This document shows positions 18,934 to 28,800 of a stretch of 64,000 bases of DNA, piece after piece. The translations under genes and the position numbers were made by a program. The DNA comes from Nitrospirota bacterium. GTDB lineage: Bacteria > Nitrospirota > Nitrospiria > Nitrospirales > NS-4. The notes beneath the pieces were generated by a model. That model did no database searches. It was not told the origin of the DNA and saw nothing but the letters and a program-made list of their open reading frames with translations. Location of the stretch: positions 2,261-66,260 of the forward strand of contig VBOG01000013.1 in NCBI GenBank assembly GCA_005877815.1, read 5' to 3'. The stretch's first letter is position 1. Every line of letters starts with the position of its first letter.

Positions 18934-19932
18934 AGTGGGTCAGATCGCCAAGCGTCAGGCGATCACGAATCCTGAGAATACGATTTATTCCATCAAGCGC
19001 TTGATCGGTCGGAAGTTTGAGTCGCGGGAGGTGAGGGAGGCGACCAAACGTTTGCCCTACAAGGTCGTCCCCGCCTCGAATGGAGACGCGCATGTGGAGA
19101 TCCGCGGAAAGCACTATAGCCCCGCGGAGGTGTCCGCAATGATTCTCCAGAAGATGAAACAGACCGCTGAAGATTATCTGGGAGAGCCGGTGACCGAAGC
19201 GGTCATCACGGTGCCCGCCTACTTCGACGACAGTCAGCGCCAGGCCACGAAGGATGCGGGACAGATCGCCGGCCTGAACGTGCTTCGCATCATTAATGAG
19301 CCGACGGCGGCCTCGTTGGCATATGGGCTCGATAAAAAGAAGGATGAGCGGATCGCGGTGTATGACCTCGGCGGCGGTACGTTCGATATCTCCATCCTGG
19401 AAATAGGCGAAGGCGTATTCGAGGTCAAGTCCACCAACGGCGACACGTTCCTGGGCGGAGACGACTTCGATTTGCGCGTCATGGACTGGCTCGTCGAAGA
19501 GTTTAAAAAAGATCAGGGCATCGACCTGAAAAAGGATCGGATGGCACTGCAACGGCTGAAAGAAGCCGCGGAACGGGCGAAAATCGAATTATCGTCCTCT
19601 CAAGAAACGGAGATCAACCTGCCGTTCATCACGGCGGACGCGAGCGGTCCGAAACATCTTGTGATGAAATTGACGCGGGCGAAGCTCGAGCAATTGGTGG
19701 ATGACCTCATCCAACGCACCGTCGAACCGTGCAAGAAGGCCTTGTCGGATGCGGGCGTGTCGGCCAAGGAAATCGACGAAGTTGTCCTCGTCGGCGGCAT
19801 GACGAGGATGCCGAAAGTCATCCAGACCGTGCGGGATTTCTTCGGTAAGGAACCGCATAAAGGAGTGAACCCGGACGAAGTGGTGGCGATCGGCGCCGCC
19901 ATTCAGGGCGGCGTGCTGAAAGGCGAGGTCAA
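18934..19932 (+). repeat. dnaK tandem duplication, copy 2 (999 nt, intact frame)
   Basis: Contains ctccatcctggaaa at 19390-19403, which is absent from copy 1. 999 nt equals 333 codons. Confidence 0.9.
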
Positions 19933-20789
19933 GGACGTGCTCTTGCTGGATGTCACGCCTCTCACGCTCGGCATCGAAACGCTCGGCGGCGTCACGACGC
20001 GCCTGATCGAGCGCAACACGACGATTCCGACGAAAAAGAGCCAGATCTTTTCGACTGCGGCCGACGGCCAAACAGCGGTGACCATCAATGTGCTGCAGGG
20101 CGAGCGGGAAATGGCGGCCGACAATAAATCCCTCGGTCATTTCGACCTGGTGGGCATTCCGCCCGCTCCACGCGGCGTCCCGCAGGTCGAAGTCACTTTC
20201 GACATTGACGCCAATGGCATCGTCCATGTGTCCGCAAAGGACCTGGCGACCCAAAAGGAGCAATCCATCCGCATTACGGCTTCCAGCGGCCTCAGCAAGG
20301 ACGAGATTGACAAGATGGTCAAGGATGCCCAGGCGCACGCGGCGGAGGACAAAAAGAAGCGGGAGCTCGTCGAAGTCCGGAACGAGGCGGACAACCGTAT
20401 TTACAGCGTGGAAAAATTGCTCACCGAGCATGGCGATAAGATCGGCGAGGACGACCGCAAAAAGATTCAAGACGAGATTGCCGCCGCACGCAAAGCGATG
20501 GAGAGCAACGATCTCGACGCCATCCGCAATGCGACTCAGGCTTTGGTAAAGGCCTCGCAAAAGATCGGTGAAGAGATGTATAAGAAGACGGCGGGCGCCG
20601 GGGCCGCGGCGGGCGCAGGGGAACCCGGAGGACCGGGCGAGTCCGCGGCCGGTGGTAACGGGCAGGCTGATGGGGCTGCGGGCCACACCGATGAGCGCGT
20701 GGTGGACGCGGAATACACTGAAGTAGACAAAGACAAAAAATAAAGATAAATAGATAATTCATGAGGATGCTCCTGAGCTATAACGAGCG

Positions 20790-21893
20790 ATGTTCGACGT
20801 GGTGAAACGGGACTATTACGACGTCCTGGGCGTAGACAAAAACGCCAATGATGACGAGCTTAAGAAAGCCTTTCGACGGCTCGCGCGCCAGTACCACCCG
20901 GATACCCTGACCGGGGAGCAGGAAAAGAAGGTCGCCGAGGAAAAGTTCAAGGAGATCAATGAAGCCTATGCCATCCTGAGCGATCAGGACAAACGGCGGC
21001 GGTACGACACCTTCGGACACACCGACCAGGGTTTTGACGGCTTCCCGCGCGGCGGGTTCGGCGACATCTTCAATGACATCTTCGACGACTTCTTCGGCGG
21101 CCGTCAGGGCGGACGACGGACCGCCCGCGGCTCCGACATCGAGTACAGTCTGACCATTTCCTTCGAGGATTCGATCTTTGGAAAGGAAGTGACGCTGAAT
21201 ATCCCCCGGTCCGAGACATGCCGGGAATGCCGGGGAACGGGGGCCAAAACCCCCGAAGACATCAAACCATGCCCGAGCTGCAAGGGGGCCGGACAGCTTC
21301 GATTCCAGCAAGGCTTTTTCACGATCAACAAGACATGCGGGCGTTGCCAGGGCACAGGCCAGATGATTGGTGCACCCTGCCCGACATGCCGGGGTGCCCG
21401 GCTGCTCCGCAAGGAGCGGGTTTTGAACGCGCACATTCCCGGCGGCGTCGAGACGGGCACGCTGCTCCGCCTGGCGAACGAGGGAGAATCCGGGGAGAAC
21501 GGCGGTCCCCCCGGCGACCTGTTCATCCAGATCACGGTCGCCCCGCACCCCGTGTTCAGCCGCAAGGGGAACGATCTGCTGTGTGAAGTCCCTCTCAGTT
21601 TTGCCGCTGCTGCGCTCGGCGCAAAAGTCCGGGTGCCAACGCTCAAGAATGAGGACATGATCATTAAAATCCCGCCGGGCACGCAGCATGACAAAGTGTT
21701 CAGGATCAAGGGGCTCGGTGCGCGAGGCCTGCAGAACAACGGTACCGGAGATCAGCTGGTTCGCGTTAAACTCAAAGTTCCCACGAACCTGAACCCCAAA
21801 CAGAAAGAACTGCTGGAGGAATACGCGAAGGTCAGTGGTGAAACCTTGGACGCTGAGAGCGGTATCCTCGACAAGATGAAGAACATCTTCTGA
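20790..21893 (+). CDS. dnaJ: molecular chaperone DnaJ
   Basis: J domain KRDYYDVLGV...QYHPD, a G/F region, and four CxxCxGxG zinc motifs (CRECRGTG, CPSCKGAG, CGRCQGTG, CPTCRGAR). The start could alternatively be GTG 20802. Confidence 0.95.
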   Translation: MFDVVKRDYYDVLGVDKNANDDELKKAFRRLARQYHPDTLTGEQEKKVAEEKFKEINEAYAILSDQDKRRRYDTFGHTDQGFDGFPRGGFGDIFNDIFDDFFGGRQGGRRTARGSDIEYSLTISFEDSIFGKEVTLNIPRSETCRECRGTGAKTPEDIKPCPSCKGAGQLRFQQGFFTINKTCGRCQGTGQMIGAPCPTCRGARLLRKERVLNAHIPGGVETGTLLRLANEGESGENGGPPGDLFIQITVAPHPVFSRKGNDLLCEVPLSFAAAALGAKVRVPTLKNEDMIIKIPPGTQHDKVFRIKGLGARGLQNNGTGDQLVRVKLKVPTNLNPKQKELLEEYAKVSGETLDAESGILDKMKNIF

Positions 21894-21903
21894 TCGGACT
21901 TCA

Positions 21904-22638
21904 ATGCCGGTCTTCTTCATCGAACCCGGCGTGATCAAATCCGGGATGGCGACGGTTCGCGGTCCCCTCGCCCACCACCTTTCTAAAAGCCTTCGGGTAG
22001 AGCCCGGCGAAGAACTTTGGCTTGCAGAAGCCTGCGAACGGCGCTATCGGGCAAAAATTCTCAGCTCTGACCTGCATGGTGTCACCGCGCAGATCCTGTT
22101 CGAGGTTCTCCCGCCATCGAAGCCCTCCCTCCGCATCACCCTCGGCCTCGCACTGATTAAACATGATCATTTGGCATGGGCGCTGCAAAAAGCGACGGAA
22201 CTCGGGGTCGCCGAGATCGTGCCGCTGATCACCCGCCGAACGGTGGTGAGACCAATCGCCAGTCGTCAAACGCAACGTCTCCGGACCATCGTCCTCGAGG
22301 CCGCCCAACAGAGCATGCGCTGGGATGTGCCGTTCGTCACAGACCCTCAACCCTTTCATATGTGGTGCCGAAAGGCGAACCCTGAGGGTCTTCGGTTCCT
22401 CCTCTGGGAAAGCCCGCAAGGCACCCTGCTACGCGACAAGCTGAAAGGGGACACCGTACGCCACGTGGTTCTCGCCGCCGGTCCCGAAGGTGGATTTGAA
22501 ACGGAAGAGATTACCGAGGCGCAAGGGGAAGGATTTGAAGTCGTGTCCCTCGGTCCGCGTATTCTGCGAACCGAGACTTCTGTGCTTACGGCGCTGGCCG
22601 TGCTGCAATATGAATGGGGCGACCTCGGAAAGAGTTGA
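21904..22638 (+). CDS. rsmE: 16S rRNA (uracil1498-N3)-methyltransferase
   Basis: 244 aa. The RsmE/PUA-SPOUT pattern HHLSKSLRV, QKATELGV, AAGPEGGF..EE and LGPRILRTET. Confidence 0.88.
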   Translation: MPVFFIEPGVIKSGMATVRGPLAHHLSKSLRVEPGEELWLAEACERRYRAKILSSDLHGVTAQILFEVLPPSKPSLRITLGLALIKHDHLAWALQKATELGVAEIVPLITRRTVVRPIASRQTQRLRTIVLEAAQQSMRWDVPFVTDPQPFHMWCRKANPEGLRFLLWESPQGTLLRDKLKGDTVRHVVLAAGPEGGFETEEITEAQGEGFEVVSLGPRILRTETSVLTALAVLQYEWGDLGKS

Positions 22639-23583
22639 TTAAGGGGCGACGATTTTCACGATCATGCCGTTATCGCCCACCGCAAAGCCGGTCTTGGCAT
22701 TCGGAAACGCGGCGGCGTAAAACGTATTTTGCGGACCCCGGGCGTAGAGGCGCCAGTTGAAGCCGCCATCCGTGGTCCGGAGCACCGTTCCCCGATCGCC
22801 GACGACCCAGCCCGACTTGAAATCCGTGAACACCACCGACGTCAAGTCGACGGGCTTGGCCATCGAACGGTCCTCCCATTTGGCGCCGCCGTCGAGCGTT
22901 TGAAGCAGGATGCCGCCGTTGCCGACGATCCAGCCATTGAGCGAATCAGAGAAGAACACATCGAAGAGCGTGCTCGGGGTGTTCGTTTCCTGGGCAGTCC
23001 ACGTCCGCCCCCCATCCTTGGTGGCCAGAACCGTCCCGACCGAACCGACGGCCCATCCCGTCTTCGCATCGACGAACTGCACGCCGTACAAGATCGCATG
23101 AGTCGCGGTCTGCTGATCCTGCCACGATTCGCCGCCGTCCTCGCTCGATATGATCGTTCCGTCGGACCCGACAATCCAGCCATGCCGGTCCAGAAACATC
23201 ACGTCGTATAACTGGGCGTTCGTGCCGCTCTTCTGGGGCTTCCAAGTCATCCCGCCATCCGTGGTCTTCAGGATCGTTCCGTTTGCGCCCACCACCCAGC
23301 CTGCCTTCGGCGTGGGAAATGCGACCTTAAAAAGGATCCCATCGCTCCCGCTCTTTTGGGCTTTCCAGGTCGAACCCCCATTCGTGGTCGATAGGATCGT
23401 CCCACTCCCGCCGACCGCCCATCCGACGGACGGGGAGATGAAGCACACGCCGTAAAGCGCTGTGGTCGTACCGCTTTTCAGTTCAGTCAGGGGCACAGGA
23501 TCGGCTGACAACACTGTGCCGGAGATTGACCAGAAAACGGTCAAGAGGGCAATCGCCCGGAAAAGCGTTACGCGTGGTCTCAT
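22639..23583 (-). CDS. secreted Ycf48-like beta-propeller with BNR/Asp-box repeats
   Basis: Signal peptide, then six or more repeats of the type T.DGG.(T/S)W (TNGGSTWKAQ, TDGGMTWKPQ, EDGGESWQDQ, KDGGRTWTAQ, LDGGAKWEDR, TDGGFNWRL). The start codon abuts the stop of the upstream IPT/TIG gene. Confidence 0.7.
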   Translation of the reverse strand: MRPRVTLFRAIALLTVFWSISGTVLSADPVPLTELKSGTTTALYGVCFISPSVGWAVGGSGTILSTTNGGSTWKAQKSGSDGILFKVAFPTPKAGWVVGANGTILKTTDGGMTWKPQKSGTNAQLYDVMFLDRHGWIVGSDGTIISSEDGGESWQDQQTATHAILYGVQFVDAKTGWAVGSVGTVLATKDGGRTWTAQETNTPSTLFDVFFSDSLNGWIVGNGGILLQTLDGGAKWEDRSMAKPVDLTSVVFTDFKSGWVVGDRGTVLRTTDGGFNWRLYARGPQNTFYAAAFPNAKTGFAVGDNGMIVKIVAP

Positions 23584-25194
23584 CTAGAATGATGACTCGC
23601 CGCCGGACTTGGGAAGATTTTTGCGGTAATCCGCGTCAATCTTATCCTGTCCGGTCGGCTTGAAGAACCCGGCTTCGGTGAGCACCCATTGCTTGTCTTT
23701 GCAGCACGTGCCATCGGGCAGCAAGTCCCACGAACCTCGGCTGATCACCACCTCACCCGGAATGGCGACCTGCGGGATGTGGACCTTGATCTCGGAATCG
23801 CTCCAGCTCTCGACATATCCGGCGACGTGGCTCGATTTCACAAGCTCCTGATTGGCCGGAAAGAGGACCGCGGTCCGGGAAATATTCTCATCGAACTTTT
23901 GGTACTGATGCAGATGGCCCAACCGGGACACCTGATCTTGGGTGCGTTCGTCCGTTTTCAAAAATTCGCCGAAGCCCGATCCTTTGATGGTAATCACGCT
24001 GCCGACTTCAGCAGTCGGCGGCATAATGCTCTCGACCTTGGGGACGGTGAGGGTGAAGTCCGGGCCGGTGGCAACGGCAAATCCGCTTTCGTCGCAACAC
24101 GTCCCGTCAGGCTTGGCCTTGCCCGCCCCGCGCCGAACCACCACCGGCCCGCTTTTCGCGCTGACGGGGACCCACACATCAATGGCCCGGTCCGACCACT
24201 GAAAGACGCGTCCAAGCACACCGCCGAATAAGACTTGATTGGGACCGCTGTCGAAAAAGACGCCGAAATTTTCTCCGCTGATGGTGACAAGCGTGCCGAT
24301 CGGCGCGCTGTCGGGGATGAAGCCGACGATCCGATGAGGCGTCAGCCGAAACTGTCCCACGGCGCGTCGCTCGACTCCCTTCTTCAACGTGACCGGCCCC
24401 GATGTCCCATTCAAAGGGAAGGCGACCCTGATCCTCGTATTGGCCCACTCCAGAATCGGCGCTTGCACGCCGTTGAAGAGCACGGCATCTTCGCCCGGAG
24501 TCCGCTCCCCGAATCCACTCCCTGAGATGACCACGGGTGTCCCCATGGGCCCTTCCGTCGGTTCCATCAAAATGGACGCTATGACGGTAAAGCCGATAGC
24601 ATTGCTGTTGACATATTGGACCGGCGCGCAGCAGGAGCCGTCCGGAAGAGGATCCACGGACGCGAGACGGACAAGCAGGTTGCCACTTGAGGCGTTGGAC
24701 GGCACGCGCACCTCGATACGCGAATCCTTCCATCGGACGACGTCGGCCGGAATCCCGTTCATGAGCACGTCATTGACGCCGAATTGCATCTCACTGTCTT
24801 TTTGCCCTCTGGTCGGCCCAAAGTTGCGGCCGAGGATCTGTACGATCTGCCCGGCCATCGCGGTCGTCGGCGTCACTTCCTTCACCACCGGTACTTCAAC
24901 GGTGAAGGCCCCGATCTTCCGGACCTTTTTTCCTTGCTTCACACTCACCGGACCAGATACGGCCTTGAGCGGTACGCGCACCGCAATTTTGCCGTTTTCC
25001 CAATGTTCGATCAGACCTGGCGCGCTTCCGAAGAGAACGGCGTTCTCCCTTACTGACATGAATTTGCCGAAGCCCTCACCGCTGATCGTGACAGTCGTTC
25101 CGATCGGGCCAGAGCCAGGAAAAACCTCTGATGCGGCTGAAACGGGTGTCGCGGCAGCAAGCAGCACGATCAAAAACAGTCCCAACTTACGCAT
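23584..25194 (-). CDS. secreted protein with five IPT/TIG domains
   Basis: Start taken at MRKLGLFLIVLLAAATPVSA (the ORF is open to 25248). Five (I/V).G.(G/N)FG units (ISGEGFG, ILGRNFG, ISGSGFG, ISGENFG, IKGSGFG). Three PDG(S/T)CC motifs. Confidence 0.7.
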   Translation of the reverse strand: MRKLGLFLIVLLAAATPVSAASEVFPGSGPIGTTVTISGEGFGKFMSVRENAVLFGSAPGLIEHWENGKIAVRVPLKAVSGPVSVKQGKKVRKIGAFTVEVPVVKEVTPTTAMAGQIVQILGRNFGPTRGQKDSEMQFGVNDVLMNGIPADVVRWKDSRIEVRVPSNASSGNLLVRLASVDPLPDGSCCAPVQYVNSNAIGFTVIASILMEPTEGPMGTPVVISGSGFGERTPGEDAVLFNGVQAPILEWANTRIRVAFPLNGTSGPVTLKKGVERRAVGQFRLTPHRIVGFIPDSAPIGTLVTISGENFGVFFDSGPNQVLFGGVLGRVFQWSDRAIDVWVPVSAKSGPVVVRRGAGKAKPDGTCCDESGFAVATGPDFTLTVPKVESIMPPTAEVGSVITIKGSGFGEFLKTDERTQDQVSRLGHLHQYQKFDENISRTAVLFPANQELVKSSHVAGYVESWSDSEIKVHIPQVAIPGEVVISRGSWDLLPDGTCCKDKQWVLTEAGFFKPTGQDKIDADYRKNLPKSGGESSF

Positions 25195-25367
25195 GAATTT
25201 CAATTCCCAGGTAGGAATACGGACGGCTCGTCTTTGGCGCAATGTCATTCTGCTTGTGTCGAGAAATTAGGGAAGGTGAGACCTGGCGGCTTTGGCTCCT
25301 TGTTCATCGAATAGAGGCGCGCCTGAAAATATAACAAGCGATATTTCAGGCTGTCAAGAAAGGGTGC

Positions 25368-25826
25368 TCAGCGGATTTGAAGGATCAGTTCAAGCTCGAT
25401 CGCCATGTTTAACGGCAGTTCGGCCGCGCCTAAGGCGAGGCGCGCATGGCGCCCGGCCTCGCCGAAGATCTCGACTAGCAACTCGGAGGCGCCATTGATC
25501 ACGGCAGGTTGCTGCGTAAATCCGTCGGCGGATGCGACATGCCCCGACACGCGCACGATGCGAAGAACACGGTCCAGCGAGCCAAGTTCCTTACGGACGA
25601 TCGCAAGCGCGTTCAGGACTGTCAGCCGCGCGGCCTCGTAGCCCTGCTCCACGGTCAAATCCCTGCCTAGCTTCCCAGCAAAAACGATTTTGCCGTCCTT
25701 GAATGGGCCGGTCCCGCTCAAAAAGAGCAGATCCCCGGCACGCACGGCTGGTATATACGACGCGACAGGTTGAGGAGCCGCGGGAAGGACAATATTTAAT
25801 TGCTTCAGCTTGGCTTCAAAAGACAT
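25368..25826 (-). CDS. ridA: RidA/YjgF family reactive-intermediate deaminase
   Basis: YIPAVRAGDLLFLSGTGP...GQ, with the C-terminal ARLALGAAELPLNMAIELELI typical of the family. Start taken at MSFEAKL (the ORF is open to 25847). Confidence 0.8.
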   Translation of the reverse strand: MSFEAKLKQLNIVLPAAPQPVASYIPAVRAGDLLFLSGTGPFKDGKIVFAGKLGRDLTVEQGYEAARLTVLNALAIVRKELGSLDRVLRIVRVSGHVASADGFTQQPAVINGASELLVEIFGEAGRHARLALGAAELPLNMAIELELILQIR

Positions 25827-25833
25827 CGGGTGC

Positions 25834-28800
25834 TCATGCTCGATCAAGCACGACTCGAATGGTGCGGAGCAGCTCGTCAGGCGCGTAGGGCTTGGGGATG
25901 AATGCCTGGGCCTTATCCGGAGCGATGAGATCTTGGATCGAGCCGTCGGCAGAATAGCCGCTAGACAGGATGACCGGAACGCGATGACCTTGCTCCCGGA
26001 GTTTGCGAAGCACCTGGTATCCGTTTAACTTCGGCATGGTCAGATCCAGGATGACCAATTCGATCCTCTCGCGGGATTCATTGAAGACCTTGAGCGCCTC
26101 CTCGCCATTTGATGCCAAGACGACCGTATGCCCCCGGGCCGTCAGACAGCTGCTGAGAAAGTTCCGAATCGATTCTTCATCGTCCACGACCAGCACGCGC
26201 TCGCTACCCTTGGGCCCTACGGAAGGCGTGTGGCGACCGATCTGCGGCTCAACAGCGGCTTTTGGGAGGGCGGGAAGGTAGATCCGAAAGGACGTACCCT
26301 GACCGGGCGCACTGTTCACGGTCATCCAGCCTTCATGCTGTTTGACGATCCCGTACACCATTGCCAATCCCAATCCCGTGCCCTTCCCCACTTCCTTGGT
26401 CGTGAAGAACGGATCGAAGATGTGGTTGCAGGTTTCTTGATCCATCCCTATGCCGGTATCGCTGACTCGCAAGCAGACGAACTGGCCGGGGCGCGCGTCT
26501 CGGTGCAACGCACAATAGGGCGCATCGATGATGACATTCGCCGTCTCAACAACCATGCGGCCGCCCTCGGGCATGGCATCCCGCGCATTGAGGCAGAGGT
26601 TCATCAGGACTTGATGGATCTGTGTCGAATCGGCACGGACGGCCCAGACACTGGACGTATCGATCACCTGGATCTCGATTCTCGGGTCAATGGTTCGCCG
26701 CAGCAACGCAACCGCTTCTTCCACGTGTCCAGGCAGATGCAGCAGCGCCGGCTGGTAGGCCGACCGCCGGCCGAAGGTCAAGAGCTGCCTGGTGAGTTCG
26801 GCGGCCCGGCGCCCGGCCTTTTCCGCCTGGCGGAGGAACTGGGCGACAGGATGGCCAGTTTCCAGGTTGGTGTAGGCCAATGAGATGTTTCCAAGGATGC
26901 CCGTGAGCAGGTTGTTGAAATCGTGTGCGATGCCCCCTCCCAACAGACCAATCGCCTCCATTTTCTGGGCCTGACGGAGTTGAAGCTCCATCTCGCGTTC
27001 GGCCGTAATGTCTTTCAGCGTGCCGACCATCCGCAGGGATTGTCCGCTGTCACGGTTGATGAAGACACCGTGGTCCAGGACCAAGGCATACGTGCCGTCC
27101 CGGCGTCTCAGGCGGTACTCGCCGAGAAAATCATGGCCGAGCCGGATGCTCTCTCTGACTTTTGCGTTCAACCCCGTCTGATCTTCCGGATGAATACGCT
27201 CCATCCACCAATCGCTCGCCCGGCCGATCTCTCCCGGCGCATAACCAAACAACCCTTTCGTTGCCGCGGCCAGTTCGACGGTACCCTCCAGAATGGACCA
27301 ATCATAGATGATGTCATTGGCCGCTTCGGCCGCCAGCCGGAACCGTTCCTCGGCGGCTCTCAAGGCCGCCATTTGCTCACGAATGCGGGTCGACATGGCG
27401 TTGAACTCATTCGTCAGCTCTCCGATCTCGTCGGACGTTTCAACCGGAACCTGCTGCACCAAGACGTCCCCTCCCGAGAAACGGCCCGAAGCCTCGGCGA
27501 GCCGCCGGACCGGGTTGGTGATGGATACACTCGTGCGGATCATCAGGTAGAGACCGACGGCAAGCGTGCCGATGAGCGACACTAGGATCAACATCACGGC
27601 CTCTCGCCGTTCCTGGCTGATCTGCTGCAGGTTCGACAGATGCGCCGCCCGATAGGCTGCCGAGATGCCGGCGGCGAGAATTTCTCGTTCCTTCTCCCCG
27701 AATTTCAGGTACGGCATGGAGTCACTGGGCCCGAGCAGGGCTCGGAGCTGCGAAGGCGTGTAGGGTGAAGAGGCTAAGACCTTCGCGCGCTCCGTCAAGA
27801 AGTCCGATACGGACCGATCGGAGAGATGTTTTTCGCGCTTTTCAAGCGCCCGTGGAATCAGCGTAAACACGAGATCCTCGTGCAGGGCCTCCTCTGCCAG
27901 GATGCGTTCATTCACGCCGCGAAGGTATTCCATCGAGCCGAGTTTCACCAAGCTCACCATGGCGCCGACACCCGGCGTCAGCACCACGATGAGGAATGCC
28001 AAAAACAGCCGCGTGACAATGGACAGCCGGCTGGGCCTTTTCTGCTCCTTCGCCGTCCTGAGCCCCAACCGCTCCGGCGACGACGGCTGAAGATAATCCA
28101 TGATCGGGAACAGGACCACAAAACCCCCGGCGGTCATGAGCCACACCAAGGTGAGAATGACCCAGATGGCAAAAAACACCGGTCCAAACTGCACGTGCGA
28201 CACATACAAGCCGAGCGGAAATATCCCATCCAGGAACAGAGAGATCCCAATCGCCCAGAGGATGAGCCGCCGGTCTGGAGGGCTCAACGTTTCCGTTTGT
28301 GGCACGGGCTCAGCAGAGCGCGACACCGGTAGGACCAGGTAAGACCGGATCGCGGTGCAGAGAGACTCAAAACTGTATGACGTGTGCGGCCGCAGGCAAT
28401 CCATCCCACAGATCAATCCACTCGTGAGAATCACGGCGAGATTCCCAAGCGTGACGGGACCAAGCCTGCCCAGGCTCTCCACCGTCACCGCCCCGCTTAT
28501 CGCCTCTGCGGACAGCACCCAGACGGCAAGACCGACGATCAATCCCCCGAGAGTCGCCCAAAAGGCTCCCCTTCCTGTCAGACGATCCGTGAGCAAGCCC
28601 AACGCCAGGGGCAACACCCCTGAGCTCATGAAAATCCCCATTGCCAGGTAGAGCCAACCCATATCAATGTCCAACTTATGAAGGCCAAGGCAGGCAGGAC
28701 CGATCAGGAGTATGAAACCGAGTGTCGCGAGCCGGGCGACCCGCAAAATTTCGGCGTCCCCGGCATCCGGCCGGAGGTATCTTTTGTAAACATCCGTGGC

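Noticed and set aside
20778-21938. 386-aa minus-strand ORF opposite dnaJ.
   Set aside because: dnaJ is clearly coding on the plus strand (J domain and four CxxCxGxG motifs). The antisense translation has no recognisable domain.
25321-25349. Palindrome cctgaaaatat-N8-atatttcagg between ridA and the IPT/TIG gene.
   Set aside because: It has no U-run on either strand, so it is not a convincing terminator. It could be an operator, but one imperfect palindrome is insufficient, so it is mentioned only inside the IPT/TIG finding.
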